This document shows positions 1 through 9,600 of a stretch of DNA of 12,375 nucleotides, piece after piece. The position numbers and the translations under genes were made by a program. How positions within the stretch are numbered: the first letter of the stretch is position 1; each line of letters starts with the position of its first letter. Origin of the DNA: Zygophlyctis sp. KS116 (taxonomy: Eukaryota > Fungi > Chytridiomycota); NCBI GenBank assembly GCA_054661495.1, contig BAAFSQ010000291.1, forward strand, positions 1 through 12,375. The letters are read 5' to 3'. The notes under the pieces are model-generated. The model saw only the letters and a list, made by a program, of their open reading frames with translations. It was not told the origin of the DNA and ran no database searches.

Positions 1-45
1 CATTCGCATCCCCCGGAAGGTAAGTGCTGAAATTGGGAAATTCAT
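1..45 (-). CDS. Possible 5' end of a divergently transcribed gene, truncated by the window edge (MNFPISALTFRGMRM...)
   Basis: ATG at 45-43 preceded by an A-rich stretch, then 15 open codons to the edge. Too short to verify. Confidence 0.25.
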   Translation of the reverse strand, partial: MNFPISALTFRGMRM

Positions 46-137
46 TTTATTATAATTTTTTCTACTGCGTTTTGTACTAATAAAATTCTTGTGGGTTCTA
101 GAGGTCAATCTTTAGGTGAGGGGGATTTTTGAGCCAA

Positions 138-1280
138 ATGTTCGACTACAAGAATCTGATCAGATCAAAAGCCCAAGAGATCCAGTCGATTGAATCATCA
201 CTAAGATCGCTCTCGTACATTCTCCCTGGTAGATTTAAAGACTCTGAATTTGTGTCTGAATTAAGTATTTTTTACTAATTAATTTGTAGTTTACAGCTGT
301 TGTAATCTGTTTTCTCTGCTGAATGCGTCTATTTTAGGGACTGATCAGACAAAATATTTGCTGGGAGATACACAGCCTTCCCCACACAATCGATACACTA
401 AATCTGTTTTGCTGCTAGTTCCTGATTCTAGGAGAAATCTAGTTGATTGGAAGGATGATGATTTTGAGCGTAATTCGTGGTTGCCGCATTTATCTTATGC
501 ATTGGCCATAATTAGACAATGTGAAATAATTCTAGAAATGGCAGTTTTGAAATGGAAAGACGATGATTCGAGATGGAAGATAGTTGGGATATTGGAGAGT
601 ACAAAGTAAAATTGTATTCTTTAATTACTAGATGCGTAATCAAAACGCTTATTTTTAATTTTACTCAAAATCGTTTACTTTTAGGATCATCAGTATTAGA
701 ATCTGAGCCTATTATTCCTACTAAAGGAACTGATGCTGCTGGAATAGTGGCTTATGGAGAGGAAAAAACTTGGATAGGGAAAAGAACAGGTATAGAACGT
801 CCATTTTCCTGGGCTATTCAAACACGAGGAATAAACTATTTACTGGCTAGAGCTGTTGCTGAAAATTCACCGTTGGATATGGTTAAGCCTTTAAGTGGGA
901 TTAGAAAAGTAGTAGAGTATCTTTATATTTTTAGACCATTGATTTATCTTGCATTGTTGCGTAAATGTGATAAGAAATCTTGGAAGCCATGGTTGATTTC
1001 AATTGGTTTAGAGATTTTAGCTCTATTGCCTTCAAATGGATGGATTACTGAAGCTCCTGCTTTAACTACATTAGAATCTGATGAAATCAAACGAAGACAA
1101 CGCTGTTTACTATTTTACTTGCTAAAGACTCCGTTCTATCAAAATTATTCTAAATCTGTGATTGATAATGTTGTAAAATCTACTGAAACGAAGCCTATTA
1201 TTTCTATTTTCTCTTCAATGATCAAGGATTATCAGCCACTATGGGAAAATTACCATTTCTATACAAATTGCGGGTTATAA
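138..1280 (+). CDS. PEX16: Peroxisomal membrane biogenesis protein Pex16, 363 aa; join(138..264,290..605,632..1280)
   Basis: Spliced translation MFDYKNLIRSKAQEIQSIESSLRSLSYILPGRFKDSEFVSELIYS...PSPHNRYT...EIILEM...RWKIVGILESTKC...EYLYIFRPLIY...SWKPWL...EIKRR...FYLLKTPFY...DYQPLWENYHFYT carries the typical fungal Pex16 blocks. Two GT-AG introns restore the frame and the total of 1092 nt is divisible by 3. Confidence 0.92.
265..289 (+). other. Spliceosomal intron, 25 nt (PEX16 intron 1)
   Basis: gtattttttactaattaatttgtag, with a ctaat branch-like motif. Removal joins SEL to IYS in frame. Confidence 0.88.
606..631 (+). other. Spliceosomal intron, 26 nt (PEX16 intron 2)
   Basis: gtaaaattgtattctttaattactag. 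Joins ORF 358..609 to the frame of ORF 573..1280 (LESTK|CVIK). Confidence 0.88.
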
Positions 1281-1291
1281 TAATGAAATAT

Positions 1292-2058
1292 TTATTGTTT
1301 CTTTTTCAAGTAACTCTTAAATTGATCTTCAACTTGCAAACATACACTCTTTAAAAAGTTTGGTAATATCAACTCTTTACCCCATTTATATACTTGAGCA
1401 GTTAATGTAACAGCATTTTGAAAATTAGCTTTAAGAAATAACTCTACTTGCTTAGTATAAGTCACATTCATTGATCGTGAAGAAATACCACTAACATTAA
1501 CTAATAATTTAGTGAATACCGATCATAATTTCTTTGAACGTATAAATCATAATCCTTTATGACTCTTGTAATTAAATCCGTAGTTGATATTCCTTTTGTT
1601 CTTTTAGTCGTAACAAATCGGCCTATATTTAAGTCAAAAGTGACACTACCCAATTCCTTTACGGTTTGATACACATCATTATTAGAACCGCTAGTATAAG
1701 GAATAGCATCATGAGCTACAAAGTCAATATCATACTTATCCATAAAATCCCTTGTTATAATCCATGGTGCATCTTCAATGACTTCATCCACCCATCGACA
1801 GTGCCTAACGCTTTCATAGCGTTCATAGTCTTTCAAAACTGTTTGGCATTTATATGCATGAGTTGTTTCATCACTGCAAACTCCAACAATCAAGATTACA
1901 TTTGGAAACGATTTCTTTGCCTGCTCTAGTGCTCTGGCATGCCCATAGTGGAAAATATCAAAAATACCATCTGCGTAAACTCTGACTGGACGATCAGTAG
2001 GTGGAGGAAGATGATCAATTGTATTTGGGACAGGGGATTCTAATGATATTATACTCAT
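1292..2058 (-). CDS. PCT1: CTP:phosphocholine cytidylyltransferase (CCT), 236 aa; complement(join(1292..1490,1520..1622,1650..2058))
   Basis: Contains [18 protein letters not shown] (HxGH motif), [24 protein letters not shown] and [13 protein letters not shown]. After splicing it continues [14 protein letters not shown] (compare RNLxRGYSxxxLNV) into an amphipathic C-terminus ending ...FKSYLKKKQ*. Confidence 0.93.
1491..1519 (-). other. Spliceosomal intron, 29 nt (PCT1 intron 2)
   Basis: gtattcactaaattattagttaatgttag. Removal restores the conserved RG-x-S...NV segment and a 66-codon last exon. Confidence 0.85.
1623..1649 (-). other. Spliceosomal intron, 27 nt, in frame and without a stop (PCT1 intron 1)
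   Basis: gtagtgtcacttttgacttaaatatag. Removal turns [16 protein letters not shown] into the family-like VKELGRF. Confidence 0.8.
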
Positions 2059-2077
2059 AAACGTGTTCTATTGCGCC

Positions 2078-3519
2078 TTAAACTAAAACTAACAAAAACA
2101 GACTGAAAGCCAAAAGAAGCAATGCAATGCCAACATAAAAAAATTGACGAGGGACAAAAACTTTAATCAGAATTATTCCTATTGCCAAGGCTGAAATCAA
2201 AATAATTCGTAGTTTTTGAGGAGTTATTCCGTATACATTTCCGGACGAATCTTGAAAGGAAAATACATAGTTTAATAAAGCGGGATGTTGTATTCCATTA
2301 GGATATGCATTTGTATTTGGTAATGAGAATAGTAGAGCATCAGCTGTTTCAAGTGCATTTTCCTTAAAATATGCTCTAATTTTAGAATCCATTAAAAAAT
2401 CATCATCTGAAGCAAAATAATGAGCTTCCCAAGTACATTCTTTTACTAAAGGTGTTGTTACATCGGATTTTGTTTTGGTTGCCAAGATTTTAGCACGTTT
2501 TGCTTCATGTTGTGTATGGATTTTCATCCATTCCAAGATAGAATTCGCCCCATCAGAATTGTTTTGATAAGATATTGATCTAACTTTAATGAATAGTTTA
2601 TCTTGATCTTTTGCAATAGTGGAAACATTGACATTAAAATCATCATTTAAATTATTTTCTTTTTTGGGGCTTTGAATTGTGAGCACAGCAGCATCATCGG
2701 CAGAGTTTCTTCTAGATGAAGATACTGAGTTTGCTTTTTTGAGCTTTTCAGGTTGTTTATTTTCTAGTGCCTCTGGTTTAATCATGAAATGTAAAGTCTT
2801 TTTCTTATCCTGAGAATAGCCCAAAATTCTTTCCAATGCTGGAGATAAAATCCTTTCAAATGTGTTTTCGTGATTGGCTGCCATTTCATACAGCTTTGAA
2901 TTTCTTGTTGGACTCCTTTTGGATTTTTGAATTTGACTCCCCCTTTGGATTACATAGTAATGAACATCTCCAACTCTACTTATTAATCAATTGAATATTA
3001 CATTGTCATATTGTTAAGCGGATTTTTAGCTTGCATCCTATGCAGTAGACCTTCTTCTGGCTGCGTTCTAAAAATGATCTTGTTAATATGATGTGCAGCA
3101 TAATAAGAATAATAAAATCGATCAGGATCAACTGGATCAATAGTAGTTACTCTTGCAAGAATGAAATCTTTTCCATTTTCAAGATGCATTCTCACTAGAT
3201 CATCAAATGTTTCGAGAGTAAATGGTTCTTCCGTTTCTTTGGCATCGATCACATCAATGAGCTCTTCTGGGGCATGTGGGGCCTTGATCGTTCTATTTTC
3301 TTCCTGAGGTAATATTGTTTTCTGTATTTCTGATTATTTAGATTGTACCGATTTACCTTTCGCTTGATTAGGAACCCTGCCATACAGTTTAATGAATTGG
3401 GAAGTCTCATTTGTAATCGGATCAATTGTTGTCTTAATAGGCGATATTCTGCGGCGAAGTGAGTCTAGCTCAAAGTGTTCATTTGACATTGGGATTTCAA
3501 CATACGGGGAATCGGACAT
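2078..3519 (-). CDS. Hypothetical protein, 462 aa, with two C-terminal TM helices; reminiscent of DUF5092 (from memory, unverified); complement(join(2078..2975,3002..3329,3357..3519))
   Basis: Three track ORFs are joined in frame by two GT-AG introns (total 1389 nt). Probable start is MSDSPY after aaacataaaaaa. Conserved-looking blocks EPFTLETF...FILARVTT...YSYYAAHHINKIIFR...KNPLNNMTIVGDVHYY and AHYFASDDDFLMDSKIRAYFKEN flank a polar insert, and the C-terminus is a hydrophobic hairpin. Confidence 0.8.
2976..3001 (-). other. Spliceosomal intron, 26 nt
   Basis: gtaatattcaattgattaataagtag. Joins NNMT|IVGDVHYY and runs into the frame of ORF 2078..2884. Confidence 0.85.
3330..3356 (-). other. Spliceosomal intron, 27 nt, containing an in-frame TAA
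   Basis: gtaaatcggtacaatctaaataatcag, with a ctaaa branch-like motif. Joins ORF 3334..3588 to the frame of ORF 2998..3252. Confidence 0.82.
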
Positions 3520-3695
3520 TTTTTTATGTTTGTTTATAAGTTGTTCGTTTCCAAATCTGATGTGGTGGCGTACTGATTCAAATATCAATATCTTTTGACT
3601 ATTTAATAATATTATTTAGGAGCTAATCATAATCTGAATTTTTGAAGAAAAAATCCATGTCCGAAACAGTTGCCAAATTGAATGTTTGCGAGACC

Positions 3696-6600
3696 TTAAA
3701 CATCTTCAATATCCATCACTGCATCATCAGGGTCCCTTATCCACCTAATAGATCTCTTTGTAACTTGATCATTACTCTCTTCAGCATCTACAGTTTTTGG
3801 AATTTCGTCTGGTAAATATGTAATTTTGTTACTTTCAGTAGATTTTATCTGTGAATTCACTTGATCAGCAGAAATGCTTTTTGTTTGAATAATATCGCAT
3901 TCTTCAAATTTTGCCAATGATACGGTTCTCATAATCCCCGCCGACTGTTCTGATGGGACAATGTTCACTTCTCTTTTCGCTAGGGTAGTGCCTGGATTAG
4001 TGTTAAAATTGGGGTTAACATCAGAACTATGATTTTCTGAATTCCTTTTTTTGTTTTCAGTTGGAGATATGCTTTGCTGATTTGAATATTCTTGTGGATT
4101 TTCCTTTTGATCGTCAATAGAAACGGAATCATCTTGTGATTTAAGTATTGACGGTTGCAATTGTGATTCTTGCTCTTGCAAATGTTCTTCGCTTTTAAGA
4201 GATGAATCTTTCAGTCTAGATTCATCTATGAATGCTGTTATTCCAACGATCAGTATGTATATATTGTAACATATTAAGCCGGATAACCCCGATAAAGCAT
4301 AAATATATCCGGCTGTCGTGTTTTTTGAGGTTAAAATTGAGTAATGTATTGAATCATACGCAACAATCCCATAAATGAAAGCTGAAAATAACGCTAGAGC
4401 AATCGAAACTGACTGCGATCCGAAAAGAATATCGAATGATTCATTTATGGTTCGCCTTTCAATCAATGGTACTGATTTCTTTTTCGGTTTGAATTTTCCA
4501 AAAATAGGATTCTTAGAAAGCTCAGAATCTTCCGCTATATTATTTACCTCGATATGCTCTTCATTCGCCTTCTTCAATGCATCCCGGAGATCTGACTTCT
4601 TCACAATTGTATATCCCAGCCATTCAGCGAGAGATTTGGCTTTTGGAAGTTTTGGCCGCCAAAAATAAACGAATATTAAATAAATAATGCTAAAGGCTCC
4701 TGGAAAACTAACAACTAAATATGCTGCAGTAAGTTTTGTTCCTACGACCAAAGCAACGATGGCTAATAACCACGCACAAGCAAGAACAAATATCAGAGCC
4801 TTAATAATTATCAGAAACCAACGTTTCTCGCTGATTTTGGATCTACTTATCAATACAAAAAATGTTAAAATTTGTCCTAATAATGAAAGCACACAGCCTG
4901 CTACAATACCATAAGCTCCCGCATTGGAACCGGAGACTGCTGAAGATGCCAATATTGATGCTACAGCAGGGCCAATGGTCGAAAGACCCATCATCAAGCT
5001 AAAGATAAAAGACCAACCAAAGGACTCCCAGCGTAAAAAAGTAAAGGCCAAATGACTAATAACCGATACTACCGAACTAATTAACACAGAATGAGAAAAG
5101 GCCAAATTCCCATTTAATTTTAATACAATGAATGATGCACATAGGGCAAATATGCCTGATAAAGTAATAATTATCCCAACGAGGTATATTATGAGAAATT
5201 TGGAAAAAGATGTCTGTCTTATCCAATGTAAATGTCTTTCAGCAGGAGACATTATATTTCTCCAGAGAAGCAAATCATATTCAGCCTCTGAAAGATTTAT
5301 CCGCCCATAATAGCTCTTGTGCAGAATGAACCCAATTGAAGAAACGATAAATATTAAGGATCCAAAAGATTTCAAAATAAAGGATGATTGTGATCCTCGA
5401 CTTGATGATAATATGATTCCAAATATAAAAGAAGATACTCCAAAACTTAAAGTTATACCCAGCCAAACATATCCGATTTTTCTCGAAAGTGAAGAGTCCC
5501 CCCAAGCAATCATCACATAAAGTCCAAACAAAATAAATCCAAACATAAGAAATATCCAGTTACTGATTAGTTCCGGAGTTGTTATAAAATAAACATCGGA
5601 GTGTATTATAAATCCAATAACGAATAATATCCATCCTGCTAAAGATAATATTTGTAAATTTCTCGAATTTGATGAGACTGCCAGAGGAAGTTTTCGGAAA
5701 GAAAACCATGAAATATAGCCCGTCAAAATAAATGAGCTGGCCAGAATATTAAGCATACTCCCTAGAATAACTGGAGCATTGAATCCTAAATGTTCCCCGA
5801 ATAATGCCCAGCACACCGCAAAAGCATTTATTCCAGAATTATAGAAGAGAATAGGTAGCCCAACGTATTGGGCAGTTGTATTTCCTTTAAATATCCAGAA
5901 AATTAGCATAAATATTGCTATCAAACCAAGGGCTATGAAAGAAAAAGTCGCTGAATAGTACGTATTCAATCCTTCCTTCCCTAGCAAGTAGCTGAAAGAT
6001 ACGATAAAAATGAAATAAGACCATATATAAATATTGATGCATGATTTCAGCCAATGCTGCATTGAGGGCCAAGACATGACCATACTATATAAATCAATCT
6101 TTCTATATGTGGCTAATTCTTTATCGCTTTCTACGGTTACAATTAATTGGTCTATTTGAATTGACACCCCGAATACTACTATAGTCCAGAAAGCTAAAAA
6201 GCAGCCGATAATGAACAAGAATGATCCAAATAAGATCAGTAAATTTGAGCTTGATCCAGAATGACATGAGCCAGTTAAGCATTTATTTGAAAGAGTAAAC
6301 GATGAGAAAAACATCGAGCCGGTATTAATAAAAGATCCAAATATTAAAATCACTGATGAGACGCTTATTATTGAGTAATTATCACCAAACGAATATTTAG
6401 CTTCATTTCGATTATTATTGGCGAGGTAAAAGAGGGAAAGCAACGCCATTACGCATAAATATCCAACAATAAAACTCGAGAAAGAGTCTGCAAATGACAG
6501 TCGAACAAACTGAAGATCTTTCGAGTCTGAACGAACTAATACCCCAATTGTGATCAGAATTGTTCCCAGCAATGTTCCAACAATCGACAAAATAAAAAGA

Positions 6601-9600
6601 GGGCGTGACATTAAACTATCTTCTTTAAATTGAACTCCAAATCGAACAAATATCAATGACAGTAATACCATTATGGATACTATGAATCCAGAACATCCAA
6701 TGACCATACATAACTGTGAGGAAAATGGCTTCAACCATAGCACACAAATAAGCCGCCCACAAGAAATACTAGCGATTATGCAGAAAAAAATAGCAAATGA
6801 CATAATATTCCTAGAATTGCGTATTAATGCCCAGGAAAGGGCAAATATAGACATCGGTCCAAAAAGAGAATATAGGATCGCTGCTGCAGAGAAATCTGCG
6901 GGAACAAATCCATCCGAAAGTGCTCCGAATCCAGACAGAAATACTGTCCAGCAAATTAATGCGATCACCGCAAATCCTTTCCAGATATTCCATCGAGTAG
7001 GATTAGTCGTTAAAAAACGGAAGATAAACTCTTCTTCATTTGTGGGTACCAAAGCCTCCATTATTCCTTTAGGATCAAGCTCATCAACCGGATTATCATG
7101 ATAGTTTTCAATTTGAATTTGTGAGATTATTCGTGACTCCATATCCTCCGAAGACTCGCATGCGACCATTTTGGCGATCAATCCAGCGACTGAGCCAAGT
7201 AAATATATCAACCCACCAGAGAGAATCATAGGATTATGGTAAGAACAATCGGAAGCAAATGTGCATCCGTTCATTTGAGTGCCGGCGCTGATGAGTGTTC
7301 CGCCAAGAAAAAAGAAGGAAATTGTGGCTAAAAAAACTCCAAATGAAGTAAGCCACTGGTTAAATTGAATTGTAGATAAAATAAGAAATATGATCGTCAA
7401 TATTCCTGATGCTGCGAATCCCATCATCAAAGGCTCAATTTCCCGTTCAAAATCAGCCTTCGTCCGACCGATACTAACAACTGCTAGTATCCAGCCTACC
7501 AAAGAAAATACAGATGATATTCTAACTACCATATCAGCTTCAAGTGATGAGCGCATTTGCCTACTCGAAGATATGCCACAACCAATCGCTTGAAAGGTGC
7601 TATAAACTCCAGCACCTGTAACCATCAATCGAATACTTGAAATTGAAATTATTCCTGATCCAAAATAAATCACATTTCCGGCACTTAGAGAACATATTAT
7701 AATTAGGAAAGCGTTAATAACAATAGCAATAGTACTTTTATGCAAAGCTACAACGTAGTTTGTAATACAAGATGCTAAACCCAATATTGCCAGCAAATAT
7801 GTCACGCCTGCCAGACTTAAGACATCATTTCCTGAATTTGTATAGCTAGCTCCCCCAACAGCAAAAATTACCCAGCCAGTAAGAGCAACAACTTCGACCA
7901 TAAACATAACCTGCTCAATAGCTTTTTCTAGACTGATCATTTTGCCGAAAATAATTCTCTTTTCTGGCAGTTGTAGCTTAAAGGAATGCACTTCAACAAA
8001 TAAACCATACACCCAATAAGTTCCTAATAAACAAGCAATCAGAATGGGTATAGTTAAGCAGCTGGCCAGCCATGATACAAATGAAGATATCTTTGGTATT
8101 GCTTTAATAGGCTCATCCAGCTGCACAGCTGCATAATTTGAACTGATTAAATTTGTTGAGCTGGCTGGAAATAAAGACGCAGCTCTCCCAGCATGATTAA
8201 TTATGTCATACGAAGCACCTCCATACCTACTCAACTGAATTAAAAGATCAGTTTCTTCATTTTTATCGAATATTACAATAGAAGGAATATTTCTTTTCCG
8301 TGTCGTGGTTAACAGGTAAGGATTTAAGAAGATACTCCGAAATTCGAAGGCGCTTGAATAAATTGCGTTTCCAATCAATTGATCATTGAATATTTGGGCC
8401 TCTGCATCGTACTTTAGAGCCATAAACTCATTACCAAGCCCCATGTTAGCCATATAAACTATCAATGGGAAGCTTTTGGTAATGAAGAAAGGCGAAAATG
8501 AATAATTGTTCATGCAGAACACCTAATATTATCGAATAATTTTTCTTACTGAGCCCAAACTTTTCATCATCAGTAAATCATCGTCAATGTCGAAAAAAAT
8601 ACGGTTTTGTACAGATGGCAGTGAATCAAGCCAAAATTTGAACTCGGCAAGATTTCCAGCTCTTTGCTTTGCTGAATGAAATTTGATATAAATACCCTGT
8701 GATTCAGTGAGTGAGTTAGAATAAACAGAAGGGGTTTGGTCTATTTGAACAAATGAAGTTGAAAACCCAGTGTCATTGATTGATCTACCCCAAAATAATG
8801 GAGTGATAAACGCCACGATCATTGATATAACTATGAAAACAACAAGAGCGCCACCATGTGCTAAAAGGTACAACCATCTATTTGTAGGTAAATATCCAGA
8901 AATGGCGATTGATACTGCAATTATCACAAGCATTAAAGATAGTGGTAGATAAAGCCCTGAACATAAACTAACGAAAAAAGATCCGAAAATGGAACTTAGA
9001 GCCAAATATCTGAAAAAAATCCATTTTACGTTCGACGATACTTCATTTTTCAAGTCTTCAAACCTATTTTCCGAATTGACTTCTTCATGTGTATCCGAAA
9101 TTCCAGGATTGATCAAGCTTTTAGATTTATCAGGATTATTTCTGGAAGGATCACATGCTAATATAATAGTACATACAGGCCATAAGTATGCAGAAACGTA
9201 AATAGAAAAATCTCCTGATAATACGACTGCTAATATGATAGTTATAATATATGATACACCAAAAATATAAGATGTAATTGATTGATTTCTCGTCCATTTT
9301 ATCGGACTTAGACCGAGTCCGCCGAAAAAGAAATGACTCGTCAAAATAATGCTGACTGAAATCACTATAGATTGAATCAACCCTTTTTCATGGCCAAATA
9401 AATAATAAATTGCAAAAAGGTAGTATGAAATCAATAATGTCCCAAAAGACACCCCGCTCCACAAAGCTGTTGAATAGTAATATTTAATCTTTTTTTGTCT
9501 CTTTGAAAGAACCTGTTCCATGTTTGAGCCGTCTAGTGTTTTATTTGAATCCATTTTAACCAAGGGCGGTAAGTCTCCAAAAAAGCGTCGTAAGGGCGTC

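Noticed and set aside
2911-2951. Imperfect direct repeat gactcc(..)tttggatt, two copies
   Set aside because: Short, located in a low-complexity coding linker and read in different frames. Likely local slippage or chance.
3520-3588. Track start at 3588 for the hypothetical gene
   Set aside because: It is a TTG start. The first in-frame ATG, at 3519, has the A-rich upstream context seen at other starts here.
3605-3616. Perfect palindrome aataatattatt in an intergenic region
   Set aside because: A pure A/T 12-mer is expected by chance at this base composition.
4375-9201. Many + strand ORFs (4375, 4687, 5128, 5317, 6673, 7390, 8770, 8989) and nested short - strand ORFs
   Set aside because: They are antisense or alternate-frame shadows of the long hydrophobic CDS and have no recognisable motifs.
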